Source of the DNA: Leucoraja ocellata
Taxonomy: Eukaryota
NCBI GenBank assembly: GCA_036785375.1
Contig: JAWMAR010000286.1
Coordinates: 2,418,001-2,482,000 of the forward strand
Direction of reading: 5' to 3'
Length of the DNA: 64,000 bases
Every line of letters begins with the position of its first letter. The stretch's first letter is position 1. Below the pieces are notes generated by a model. That model searched no databases, had not been told where the DNA came from, and saw nothing but the letters and a program-made list of their open reading frames with translations. Positions 35,499 to 48,479 of the stretch are shown here, piece after piece. The translations under genes and the position numbers were made by a program.

Positions 35499-35761
35499 CA
35501 TTCTAAGCTGGGCCAGACTTGTTGCATTGAGGTTGTGATGGTGACACATAACCTGACATGCTTTTGATTAGTGATATGCAAAAATAACATGAGGTGCAAG
35601 TGAACAGAAATAAAGGAAACTGGCTAACATGATGGATGGATAAGATAAAACAAATGCTACTAGTATACTGCTGTAGCAGCTTCAGGAAGTAGTTGGCGAT
35701 AAGCCTGGAAAGAGCATACGTCATTGGTGTACTCAAACCTGAGTTGTCTTAGACAGGATTG
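35499..35761 (-). pseudogene. TTC3-like exons 35669-35761 (QSCLRQLRFEYTNDVCSFQAYRQLLPEAATA) and 35499-35552 (LCVTITTSMQQVWPSLE)
   Basis: AG/GT boundaries and open frames. Confidence 0.45.
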
Positions 35762-35989
35762 CTGTGGGGATAAGCTGTAGATGGCATCAGTGTGATGGGT
35801 CAATGGGGGCAGTTAGAATATTTGAACATAAAGAAAAGAGCACAGCACCACAGCCTGACCAGCTGGTTATGTCGTACATCATTTTGCAACTTATTTTATT
35901 CTCATTATTACTCATGAAATTCCCTTTGTTTTATCAATCCCCAGCCCACACTCACCTAAACCAATGTTTTTACTTATTTTTTAACCTTT

Positions 35990-36385
35990 AAGCCCGTGTC
36001 CCACAGGCGATTTTTTTCAGCAACTACAGGCAACTAGGCTGCTTTCACATGCTCGCAGGGTGATGCCCGTATGGTCGTGAGTAGTCTCCTCAAGTCGCCT
36101 AAAGAGTCATAACATTTTTCTGGTCGGCACTGGATTTTGAAATGTTCAAAACTTTTCAGTGATTGTGGGCTTGATGTAGCTTGTCTCCTTCTGTCGTAGG
36201 TTGTCGCCAGAATGATGCAGGTTGACGTTGATTGTCGCCGGGTGCTAACTTCAGTGAATTCCATTGGCGACTACCTACATCAACCGGCAACAGGTACTGG
36301 TGACTGAATAGTCTTCAGTTCTATTCAGTTGTCACCGACAGGGTCGTTGCTTGTCATAACTTGGTGCAGGTGGACATAGGTTAAT
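35990..36385. mobile_element. Harbinger-like MITE, degenerate
   Basis: Terminus taa-gcccgtgtcccac(a)ggcga, resembling 49105; flanking TAA. Confidence 0.45.
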
Positions 36386-36699
36386 AAGCCTAATCCAGGC
36401 ATCATTCTGGTAAACCTCTTCTTCATCCTTTCCTTAGTCTCCATATCCCTCCTATAATGGGGAAACCAGAATTGCAAGCAATACTCCAAATGCGGCGTAA
36501 CCAAGGTCCTATAAAGTTGCATTATAACTTCCTGACTGTTATGATCAATACCTCGACCAATGAAGTTAAGCATACAGTATGCCTTCTTTACCACTTTCAG
36601 GGAGTTATGGACATAGTCCTCAAGAACGTTCTATACATCAATGTTGTTAATGGTCTTGCCATTAATTGTTTATATTCTTTTGGGGAATGTACAATGGGA

Positions 36700-37080
36700 A
36701 TGGTACAGTGGTAGAGTTGCAGTCTTACAGCATCAGAAACCAGAAGTTGATCCTGATTATTGGTGTTGTCTGTACAGAGTTTGTATGTTCTATCTGTGAC
36801 CATGTGGCTTTTCTCCAGGTGCTCTGGTTTCATACTACACTTCAAAGACTTTCCTTCGCTCCATAAATGCTGCTGCAGCCGCTGAGTTTCTCCAGCACTT
36901 TTGTCTACCTTTGATTTTCCAGCATCTGCAGTTCCTTCTTAAACACTTCAAAGACGTACAGGTTTGTAGTTTAATTGGCTTCTGTAAAATTATAAATTGT
37001 CCCTTGGGTGTAGGATAGCATTGGTGTATGGGGTGATCACTGGCCGGGCGAAATGCCTGTTTCCTCGCTATATCTCTCGA
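36700..37080 (+). mobile_element. tRNA-derived V-SINE/HE1-like SINE interrupted by a Penelope tail (36850-36942)
   Basis: A/B-box-like head and V-domain gagtttgtatgttct; 13-bp TSD acacttcaaagac at 36837-36849 and 36943-36955. Confidence 0.7.
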
Positions 37081-38748
37081 AAGTATTTTGACCTCACACT
37101 TGCTCAGATTAAACACCATTTGCCATTTCTCCACCCATTTCCATAGCTGATGTATATCGCACTGTATAATTTGACAGCCTTCTTCACAGTCCGTGATGCA
37201 AGCAATTATGATGTAAGCTTCAGTCTTATTAACCAACGTGTCTACGTTTACGTCCAAGTTATTCTCCAGTCATCAGGGACCTTGCCTGTGGCAAGAGAAC
37301 CTGCAATTTTCTGGCATTGAGAAACAGAATCTAAGCAGTTAAATGTTTGATATCAGCTGAACCTTACCTCTACACAAAGTGGCACTTTGAGTGGGAGAAT
37401 GAAACAGAAGACTGAGTACATCATAAAATTGGGGGCTTATGAAATGCGGAACAGTCAAATACAATACATTCAGAACCAGAATTATCGGCTACAAGTGCAC
37501 AATCTTACAGCCAAAATCAGAGACTGAAACAATAACAGCAGCTTCATTTCCAATTCTTCCAATTATAGGCTTGGAAAAATGTACCATATAGTTTTGATGC
37601 TGTAGGGATTCAAGTTTTCACCTTACCTCCAATTCAATTCTATAAAGTGTCAAGCTTACATGATATTTCTACAGTGTACCTTGACCTGCTGCTGCAATGA
37701 TAAATAAACTGACAATGTGTGCGCACAGGGCCTGAAATTACATCCCTAATGTACCTGAAGGACCCTTGGTGATTATTGAGTTCCTGTCTGTAGCAAATGA
37801 GTGGAGCAGATCCAGCATATCTTGTGCAAAAGCAGAGAAGCAGAAACGAAGATGAGCATTCCTGGAAGTGTCATAAATGTATCAACTTAAAGTAGCCCTC
37901 TTTGTTCGACAGGAGAAGAGCATTTTGGAGAATACATTTTCAGCCATGTACATGAGGATCAGTTACAGGTAGAACATACACTAAGCAAATTACGGTATAT
38001 AGCAGGAACAGACCCCTCAGCCCACGATGTCTGTGCCAAATATGATGCCAAATTAAACTAAATTCTTCAGCCTGTGCATTATTTATATCTCTCAATTCTC
38101 TGTGTATGTATATTGATCAATTAGAAAGCAAACCACAGAAGTTGTGATGAAAAGTTTCTGGAAAAGGAAATGTATTGTCTATCAGAGGAATGAAAAATAA
38201 TGAAATGTCTGGCCAGCTTTCCATGAAAGCGATAAATATCCTCAAGAAGGTTGCATGTCACAAGATCTTGTTTGTTAAACTATATTAAAAGATGTAGAGA
38301 GCAAGGGAAGAAGAGCATATTTTCAGCAAAGGATGTGGAGTTGAGAACTGTTCTGCTCATTTTGAAGGGTTTGCACTTGAAATGACTAAGAGACTACGTG
38401 CCATTATAGTTAGTTAAATATATAGATATAGAAAACATGCATAGTGTGAAGCTCAGATTTGTCCATAAGGAACGCGAGGAATTCCAGCCAGTAGAGGTGC
38501 AACCTAACCCTCTTGTACGTCACCTCCGCCTCAGCAGGGATACCAATGATCTAAAATTCTGAAACCTTGTCCTCTGCACAACTCCTCAGCTATGCATTAA
38601 TCTGTCCTATTTTCCTATTCCTACACTCACTAGAATGTGGCACCTGGAAGAATCAGAGATCACTACCCTTAAGGTCCCAGCCTTTTTATCTAATTTCCTA
38701 TATTTTTCTTGTATATTTTCATTATGTTTTTTGGTAGAATTAAGTTAC

Positions 38749-38822
38749 CTTCCAGGTTCATTTGGAAGGCAGCTATGACTGGATCCGGATTCTCAATCCA
38801 ACCTTGCAATGCTGACAATCCC
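38749..38822 (-). pseudogene. TTC3-like exon GLSALQGWIENPDPVIAAFQMNLE
   Basis: tgtAG|..|GTaact boundaries. Its phase-1 end fits the next exon at ~38209-38266 (DLVTCNLLEDIYRFHGKLA). Confidence 0.6.
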
Positions 38823-40199
38823 CTACACTGATGGATATTAATGAGCCCAGCGGACTGTTTGTGATATTTGCACACAAAGTTACTATCTTTGCTTCAGATT
38901 TATTTAGTTAATTACATTTAAACTTTTTCAATTTTTCGTATTTACTCTCCAGATACCTAGTCCTTTGACAAAATCACTGTGTTACAATATCACCAATATT
39001 TCAGTGTTCACATAATTAATAAGATTTCACTTTAAATGTTCATTACTTGGGTATCTCCTCACAATGGGAAAAGTTTCATGCTACTGCAAATAGTTTGGAG
39101 ATTGTAGTTGCGTGAAAGCTTTATATGAGCATATTGTCACACATTTACAAATTGAGCTTTTGGTAAACATAAATGCTAATCATGTAAAGATATACATTTG
39201 TGAAATTTAGTTAATTCCTGCTTTGTGAAAAGAATATCTCAAAGGTATTATGTTGTTCAAGGCGGATGCATCTGTTGAGCAAATTCACTCTGCGACATTC
39301 ATTATTTGCCACTTCCTAAATGGGGATCATGACAGAAGCCTCCTCATGGCAATCCCCAAAACGGCGACACAATGCACTCTGTGACGCATCGGGCGACCAA
39401 TTCTGTCAGCATGTTGGATGATGACAGAAGCCAAAAGCGAGCTATACGTCGTCTGACACACGAGCGAACGAACTTGCTAAATTTGCCAATATTATGCATC
39501 TGCGTAAGTACTGGTGATGCAACACTTGTGTCTTCAAAATCCAAAATACTCTGTTTTTCTACTTTTTTCTCTCATTAACGGATCTCACATTTTTCCACAC
39601 TGTCAGACTCCAGCCCATTTACTCAGCTACTTTACATTCCCTGAATCCTCTCTGCATCTGCCTGACAACAGATACAGTCGCCAAGCTTTGAATCATTGGC
39701 AAACATGGTTATATCATACTTCATTTGCTTTTCCAATGATTTATATAAATTGTGAACAGAGTGTCCTCCAGTACTGATTACTGCAACATCCCACTGGTCA
39801 CCCATTTTGTTCCTATTGCTTACTGTCCATGAAACAATCTTTAGTTCATGCTAATGTTTCACTCCAAAACCTGTGTTCAAGTGTTGTATAATAATCTCTT
39901 GCATGGTCCCCATGTGAAGGCAAATATGCTGCATCTACTGATTCCCCCTTTCCTATTTTGTCAGTCACAATAACAAAAAAACTTCAATAGGCTTTTCTTC
40001 TTTTCATAATCCATTTACAATTCTGCTCAGTGCTTATTATTTATTATTTCCCAGGTGCTTCATTACAACTTTTTAAACCATAGATTCCAGCAGTTTCTCT
40101 TAAATTGATACCTGCCTTCCCTCTCATTACTTTCTTAAATGATGCTGTCATTTTTACTACCTATCAGTCTCTAGGAACTATTTTAGAATCTATAATATA

Positions 40200-42690
40200 C
40201 TAGACTAAGTGGGACCCGTTGGGTCCCATGTTCACAAGGGAGGGCTGGTCCCTCAATGCAATATTTCGTGGGGGGGGGGGGGGGGGGGGGTCTAGAGCAC
40301 TAGTATGGCTATTGTGGGCTGAAGTAACTGGTTTTGTGAGGTCTAGTATGGACATTGTGGGCCAAATGGATTCTTGGGGTGCCAGCTCAGTCACTCAACC
40401 CTGATGTGCTGGCAGCACACTCACGGCTGATGGGCTGGCAGTTGACTCACGGATATTACTTGAAATTCCATTTCAAACAGGGTGCAAGGCCACCAAATTC
40501 AAATGCAATTTCTTACCATTTCAAGCAGGATGAAAGGCCACCAAATTCAAGTGCAGTTTCGTACCACTTCAAGCAGGGTGCAAGTCAAGTCAAGTCAAGT
40601 CAAGTTTATTTGTCACATACACATACGAGATGTGCAGTGAAATGAAAGTGGCAAGGCCACCAAATTAAAGTGCAGTTTCATGCCACTTCAAACAGGTGCA
40701 AGGCCACCAAACTCAAATGCAGTTTCCTGCCACTTCAAGCAGGGTGCAAGGCCACCAAATTCAAGTGCAGTTTCATACCACTTCAAGCAGGGTGCAAGGC
40801 CACCAAATTCAAGTGCAGTTTCATACCACTTCAAGCAGAGTGCAAGGCCACCAAACACAAGTGCAGTTTCATGACACTTCAACCAGGGTGCAAAGTCACC
40901 AAATTCAAATGCAGTTTTATGCCACTTCAAGCAGGGGTGCATCGCCACCAATTTCAAGTGCAGTTTCATGCCACTACAAGCAGGGTGCAAGGCCACCAAA
41001 TTCAATGCAGTTTCATACCATTTCATGCAGGATGCAAGGCCACCACATTCAAATGAAGTTCCATACCATTTCAAGCAGGGTGAAACCACCATAAAACCAC
41101 ATGAAACACCATGTAAACACCACATTCACAGTTCAGTAGGCATTCAATGTGTTCAGTTGATTTACAGTTCAGTCAGAGTCGTGACCTTTCCCTCCCGCAT
41201 CTTGCAGAGACTGAGCCACACTCACACTTCCGGGTTTTATAATCCCCTCTCCCTCCCACCAGAAGGGGCGTGCCGTCATGGCATGATTGACAGGAGAGGG
41301 ATTCTCAACATTTTTTAAACACTAATAACACTTATATTTTTCAATGATGGGAAAAATCCTCTGCACCTGATGAGCGAGGGGGACTGAGTAAGATGGCCAT
41401 AAGTGGTAGCGTTTTATCTAAAATCAATATACAGTGCAAACAGGAAGTTGTCAAGTTTAGACTTTGAATCGTATGGCATCCACCACCAATAACCATTTGC
41501 TGTGCTTTATCTCAAACCAACCACAACAAACAACCATTTGCTGTGATTTATTTCAACCAACCACAACAAACAACCATTTGCTGTGATTTATTTCAAACCA
41601 ACCACCACCAACAACCATTTGCTGTGCTTTATTTCAAACCAACCACCATCAACCATTTGCTGTGCTTTATTTCAAACCAACCACATTTTCATTTTTAAAC
41701 CACATTAAGGGCACTCATGGTCAGTAAAACCATGCTCACAGTTTAGTATACATGTGTTCAGTGTTATTCACAGCTCAGACTGAGAGACGTGACCCTCTCG
41801 TTCCCCCATCTTGCAGGGACTGACTGAGGCACTCAACACTTCCGGGTTTTATAGTCCCTCCGGAAGGGGCTTGGCCTTCAGGAGAAAGAATCGCAACATT
41901 TTGTAAACACTGAAACCCCTGTCCCATGGTGCGAGTCCACCCACGAGTTATCCCGAGTTAAAACAAATCAAACTCGTGGTAATCACGTAGAATGAACGTA
42001 GCGGGAACATCGGAGCTCATGGACGTAACTTAGCGACTCGTAACGCTAATGGCAGGTACTCGGGAAACGTGGTAACTCGTGAAAATGTTGACAGATTTCC
42101 ACAAGTCAAATATCGTCTTGAAGGAAAATTTTTATACTTTTAAACTCGTAATACCGTAGTAGCCCGTGCGTTTATCGTATTAACTCGTGGGTAATCTTAA
42201 CTCGGCAGCTGGACAGAGAAAAAAAAGGTGAGGAAAAAAAAAGGTTCATCAAGTCTGCCTGTCAGGAATGATCTCTTGATGCTGGAGACACTGGGGGAAT
42301 CTCACCTTGGCCTTTGGAATAGAGCGACCAACAACCAATATTTCCACATTTCCAAGGGGCAGGTCACTTGTTTATGTGTCTTTCACATTACTGCTTCAGA
42401 GGTTTGGGTGGAAACAGGCTCTTCGGCCTACTGAGCCAGTCGTCAAACACTCATTTACCTCAATCTAATTTCTGCCCGCATTCACATTAATTTCCTACCT
42501 GAGCCCCATTCGACCACTCACCGACACATTGGGGGAAGGTGACAGTCCTTCAGGTGTTTTTGCCATTCATTTCTCATTGAGTCATGGGCTCATACAACAC
42601 AGCAGGTGTTGCGGGGAGCATTCATGCAACAAAGCAGCGTGCGGGGAGTGAAAGAGTGAAAGGGTGCACTTGGGGGAAACTCCATAAAAA
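40200..42690 (-). mobile_element. Non-autonomous Helitron-like element, copy 2 (5' boundary uncertain)
   Basis: Minus strand ends GGGACCC-aac-GGGTCCC-acttagt-CTAG|T, the canonical Helitron hairpin plus CTRR; ~11 units of 48 bp at 40470-41085 and 5 units of 41 bp. Confidence 0.8.
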
Positions 42691-43466
42691 AGTACCGGAG
42701 GTTAGAATCGAATCCGGGTCCCTGAAGCAGTGACACACGCTGCTCAAGTGAACGTATAATGAAATGAATGAGGATAGACAATAACCAGATGAATTGATCT
42801 AAGAGCATAGATTGAACGTGAGCAGCAGGCGGAATAGAGGGCATCTGATGATTTTTTTCTCAACCCAGCAGTCTGTAGTTGTAATCTGAGAACGCGACGG
42901 AGGCAGGTTTACAAAGTATATGGGCCAGAACTCAAATAACGGTCAGGAAGGCTATGGTTGGAATGGACATGGTGGGCAGAGGAGATTGTTTCTGTGTTGT
43001 ATGAACCCATGACTTGATGAGAAATGAGTGGCAAAAACACCTGAAGGATTGTGAGATAATGATCATGGATGACTTTTAATGAAAGTCCACACATACAGAT
43101 AGACAGCCAAGAAGAACTTTATATCTACACTCAGGTGGACTGGCAGAAGGAGGAGATAGGAGTTGGGGATAGAGAGGAAAAGCCCAAGAGAAATACAGGG
43201 AAAGGGATATTGGAAAAGACAGATGCTTGGAATCCTGTCAAAACATTTAAAAGGTATAAACACATAGCAAATGGGTGCAGGAGTAGGCCATTCAGCCCTT
43301 TGACCCAGCATTGCCATTCAATACTATCAAGGCTGATCATCCAATATCAGTACCCCGTTTCTGCTTTCTCCTCATATCCCTTGATTCCGTAACCCTAAGA
43401 AATTTTAAACATGGGAGGCTTTTTATAGTGACATAAAAAACTGCATGACATCATTTTTATCATGTG

Positions 43467-43666
43467 NNNNNNNNNNNNNNNNNNNNNNNNNNNNNNNNNN
43501 NNNNNNNNNNNNNNNNNNNNNNNNNNNNNNNNNNNNNNNNNNNNNNNNNNNNNNNNNNNNNNNNNNNNNNNNNNNNNNNNNNNNNNNNNNNNNNNNNNNN
43601 NNNNNNNNNNNNNNNNNNNNNNNNNNNNNNNNNNNNNNNNNNNNNNNNNNNNNNNNNNNNNNNNNN
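43467..43666. other. Assembly gap (200 N)
   Basis: Run of n. Confidence 1.
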
Positions 43667-46004
43667 AATAGTAGGAGGAAACAGATGTTTTATTGCACAG
43701 AACACTGATTCTGATCATTTCATGAGAGGCAGAAATGAAGAAAGCCTGTAGCACATTGAGTTATATTGTTGACATATCAGTAAAAGAGTCAGCTTTGATA
43801 GTCATGGAACTGTGGAATAGTGCCCAGGCAATACTGTGAATATAGCACCCATACTTAAAGCCAAAAGCTTCAGAATTTCAAGGCAGTGATGATCCACAAG
43901 ACGGATTTCCAGCATTATGAAAAGCATCTGAAGAAATGAGAGCATCTCATTTTGGAAAGAAGGCATCAGGGAAATCATTTTATTGAGATGTGCCAAATTG
44001 CCAAGAATACAGAAAAAAATATACCTGGAATATTATTTTTTTATTAAACTGATATTATTTAATTGATGTTAACAATGAGAAAAGGCTCAATTATGAAGTA
44101 TGCTTTGAGACGGAACAGAAAATTTGCATTCACCCAAGACATTTTCATTACATGCAAAACAATCTATAGATTAAATTGTGGAGGTCAAGATTGGGATTTA
44201 AAATGGAGGGTTATTACTTTGTGAACAAATAACAATATAACTGACAGAGATCGGCTTCAGTGCAGAAGAACAGCAATGGCAGAGTATTGTTATTAAGGAA
44301 TAAGCTGCAAGCTTGAGTTTACCACGGAATGAGTTACAGGATATTTTAATAGAGATATTACTGTGAAGTGGTTATTTTACTGGAGTTGGACAAAAATGCT
44401 GGAGAAACTCAGTGGGTGAGGCAGCATCAATGGAGCGAAGGAATAGCTCCATAGATATTTACTAAAGTAGTAATCCAAATGCCTCAATGAAGGTTTGAAT
44501 GATATTTGTTCAAATCCTATCTTTGAATTTCAGTTCAATCAATAATAAACATTCTGGAATAAAAGCTGATATAAATAATAGTGATTGTGATCCTAATAGT
44601 CTGTTGTAAGAACCCTCGATACCCAAGTGCCATTTAAAGAAGGAAATCTGGCATTGTCACTAAATTTGGGCAATAGAATGTTTCAGACCATTATCTATTA
44701 ACTGCCTTCTTAAGTAGCCTGGCAAATCACAGAGCAATTATGACAAATGCTAAAGATCTCCCAGCAACAACCTATACAAGGAATTCAACAGTTGACCCAA
44801 TTCTGGTGACCGAGTATAGTCTTCCTCATTAATGAATTACAATCGTGTCAAGATGTGTAGGACGATCCCACACTCAACATAATCCTACTCACTACATGGG
44901 CTTTCATTTCTGAACACTCTTAGCCAATGCAGTGGATTCTCCATCACCCTCTCTTGGTCACATCAAATCCCACTGGCAGTACAGACACATCAAGGGTGCA
45001 ACCAGGAGGGAGAGGCACCGGGGTCTTTGATGTTGAGTCTGGACATCATAAAGTATGGTGGTGTCATGTTAAACATGGGGAAGGAATTATCCTGCTGCTC
45101 ACCATATATCACCATGTATCACATCACTCAGCTGGTGAATTAGTATTATTGCATGGTCAACACCAATAGCAAAAAGCAACAAATTGCTGTACTTCACGCA
45201 GGGACTTTAATTTCTACCATCAAGAAAAACTCAGAAGTGTCACAAAAGAACACAAAGTGCTGGAGTAACTCAGTGGGTGAAGCAGCATTCCTAGAGAACA
45301 TAGATAGGTGATGTTTCAGGTCGAGACCTTTCTTTGGAAATTGGCAGTGGGGGGGGGGGGGGGGGGATTTGTGGAGAGGAGAAACACTCAGGTGGTGCAC
45401 AGGGGAGGGAGGCAGGGGGAGGGGGGGGGGGGGGGAAGAAGGATGGAATAAGGACGTGGGAGGTTGGTTGGTTTGGGGGGAGAAAGGGAAGAGGTGTTTT
45501 GAGAGGTTACCTAAAATTGGAGAACTCAGTGTTCAAGCAGAATACGGGGTGCTGTTCCTTCCCCCTCCACTTCTATCCTAAAGCCCCTCAACCACCCCCC
45601 CTCCTTCACCCTCCCCCCATATAGACCCACTTTTTTCACCCCATCATTCACCCCACCACCCCCTGGCTTTACATTCTGCAACTCTTCAAACCTGTATCAC
45701 ACCTTCCTTGCTTTCTGATCTTCGGCCTTTGTTCCAACTAGCTGTCTAAAACCTCCTCCCTCACCCATGTCACCCTATTACTTGCCACGCATGTCCTGCC
45801 TCTCCCTTTTTCCACCTTTCTTCTTTCTCCCCACCATTTCTACAATATGTCTGAAGAAGGGTCTCGACCTGAAATGTCTCCTATCCATGATCTCCAGCGA
45901 TACTGCCGGGCCCGTTGAGATTACTCCAGCACTTTGTGCTCTTTTGCGCATTAACCAGCATCTGCAGTTCCTTGTTTCTGCATTTAGGAATGTCATCACT
46001 GACT

Positions 46005-46540
46005 GAGGTATCAAGAGTTAAGATGCTACATTACAACTTTATAAAACACTGGTTAGGCCATGCTTAAACTATTGTGTGCAGTGCCGGTCACCACACTATA
46101 GAAATGAAACAGTTGCAATAGAGAGGTGCAGAGATTCACCGGAATGGAGTGGAGTTGGCTGGAATGGAGGACTTTCATTATGAGAAGAGATGAGATAGGT
46201 TAGGTTTGTTTTCCCTCCAGTGAAGGGAATTTATTCTATAAATTGCATTCTATTCTAAGCTGAGTGGTGACAATAGAAGTGTATAAATGTAGGAGAGGCA
46301 TAACAATTATCTTTGTATCACATTGTAGGGGTGTCAAACAGAAGAAGGTATTGTTTTAAGGTGAGAGGAAGGAGGTTTAAAGAAGATTTGAGGGAGGTGA
46401 TTTTTAGACAGAGGCTGGTTGATATTTGTTTCGCGCTAGCAGAGAGGGGGTAGAATCAGATACACATGCTGCTTTTAAGAAGCATTTATCCATGGGAAGG
46501 CACGGGAGGATATTGATCCAGTGGGATTAGTGTATCTGTA
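46005..46540 (+). mobile_element. Old CR1 3' fragment
   Basis: LQLYKTLVRPCLNYCVQCRSPHYR. Confidence 0.75.
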
Positions 46541-47404
46541 TTCGGCAAGGATGTGACTCGTTCTGCCAAGTTCAGGAAACGCCAGCTGTTCCTGCCGAGA
46601 TCACAAATACATCAACACTCACGATACGCAGCTAAGAGAGCATTCAACGCGGACACGACCACTTTCAGAGAACGCACATAATGCATACTGCCAAGTTTTA
46701 CACTCTCTCTCGGAGTTCAGAGAATGCACAACAGGCAGACGACCCAGTTCTGTGAAAGCTCAGCCCTCAGAGTGCCGCGTCTGGAAGTACACAGTGCGGG
46801 TAGTGGGGATACTTTACAATGTGTCACGGGCGCACAACAGCTTCTCGATAACGAAAGGGAGAGTGGAAAAAAGGATTATATTCAAAATTAATCTGGAATT
46901 GTTATAAAACTATAGGCGGAGGAGAGAAAATAAACGTGAACAATTCAGGCGCAGAGCTTTTGGCAAACCCGACATTCTGGGGATTTCTTCGAAAATGATG
47001 TTTATCAGACTTTTGTTGTGTATTTCCACCACTTTGTGTTCTCGGAAGTACCACCTGTTCATCTCAGGTTGCAGTGGAAATAGGAGTTAAATCGCGTGCG
47101 AGGGCAGACCCAAGTTGTCCGGGTGAGGGAAAGATTGATTAATGATCTTCAACTGAAACTCCTGACACTGACCTCGTCTACAAAACAACAATCTGGTACA
47201 GTGTTGTTTTTCTTTTTATTTAGCAATGCTATTGCTTTGTGAATGAGGTCAGATTCGGAGGTTTCCATTCAAACCCATCCTTCCATTCTCAAAAATGTCC
47301 CAGTTTCAGTAAAAATAAATCGATGTCTTCGGCAAAGCTGTGTTGCAAAAGATAATTATTTCACCAGTTATTTCAGGAAAAACTGGAGGAAGTGTGTTGC
47401 TTAC

Positions 47405-47730
47405 CTCAGGTTGCCTGGACACTGGTTGAAGCGGTCTCCTCAGGTCCGGCTGTAGACAACGCGAATGCTTTCTGCCTCTAAAAGTGAGGGTGCTCCTTTG
47501 GAATCACACCCCTCTGGGAATCGATCGCAATTGAGCACGACCCTCAAGAGCTTAAGAGCACAGGTGAGAGGATACTGAAATTCGTACACATCAGCCACTG
47601 ACCTCCAACAGTTCAACAACTCTCAGTATTCACAACTTGAGCACAGCGCTGACAGTGTTGGAGAGCGATCGAAGTCTCCGCCTGAAACAGCGGCGTCGAC
47701 AGCACGGAGAAGGTGCGTCACCGATTGGGT
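47405..47730 (-). promoter_or_regulatory. Candidate promoter and first exon of the TTC3-like locus
   Basis: Local CpG enrichment; minus-strand CCAAT (47724-47728) next to TGACG (47716-47720); strong donor GAG|GTAAGC at 47405/47404. Confidence 0.4.
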
Positions 47731-48479
47731 GGACTATTGTGGTCCAGGCACTTGGAGAGAGTGAGGGACAAGAATTGGCAGAGACCAGGAGGGGAGGACG
47801 GAAAGGGGTGTGTGCTTGTGTGGAAGGAGGGAGGGGAAAGAGGGTGGTGGGTTGGATGCTAAGAGCAAAGAAAAGGCCTGAACAGCAGGGAGAAATTGAG
47901 AAAATATGGAAAAGTGATATTAAGAAATAGACCGGGATTAACAATAAATAACAATTTTAACAATAAATAACAATTTCTCTCTCTCTTGTATCATAGAGAG
48001 AGAAGAAAAGAAGGAAGTCCAATTAGGAAAATAATGAGGTAAAGAGCCATAGAAATAAAGGAAATGAAGTGTGAGAGAAAAGAAAACAAGGTCAGGAAAA
48101 AGATGAACAAGAAAAGAGGAAATGCGGCAGGAGCAGGAATAAAGACGGGAATTTGAGAAATTAGGGTGACGGGAGGTGGGGCACAGAGGAGAGAAGTTAT
48201 AAAACAAGGAGAGAAAACAAATAGGTGAAAATAAGATATATTCAGGAACTATAGAGAGGGAGCCAAAGACAGTCAGACGTGGCGAAAAACAAAAAAAAGG
48301 AAGAGCAACGGATCATAGTTGGACAGTGGAGGAGAGGAAACATGACATAGAGAGGGGGGAGAGAGAGGGTGGGGGTGGGGGGTGGGGGAGAGGGAGAGAG
48401 TGAGAGTGAAAGATCACTAAGACTTCAGATCTTCAAAATGAACGGTTAATGGTTGGCTCAGACTTCACACGCTTAAGTT

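Larger units (their letters stand above)
22710..47730 (-). pseudogene. TTC3: Multi-exon, decayed TTC3/DZIP3-family E3-ligase-like gene
   Basis: Exon-like minus-strand segments, several AG/GT-bounded, collinear with the remembered TTC3 domain order: N-terminal domain, TPRs, post-TPR region, winged helix, Pro-rich region, C-terminal LLPxxFP. Several in-frame stops. Orthologue versus paralogue unresolved. Confidence 0.55.

Noticed and set aside
38480-38600. AG-flanked segment among the TTC3-like exons
   Set aside because: Translates to a CR1 ORF1 esterase remnant (LRSCAEDK/GFRILDHW).
40470-41125. Repetitive ORFs (KQGARPPNSSAVSYHF)n and a possible CRISPR-like array
   Set aside because: These are head-to-tail 48-bp minisatellite units with no unique spacers and no cas genes; the frames are open because 48 is a multiple of 3.
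43395-43754. ORFs spanning X runs
   Set aside because: Artefacts of the 200-N gap.
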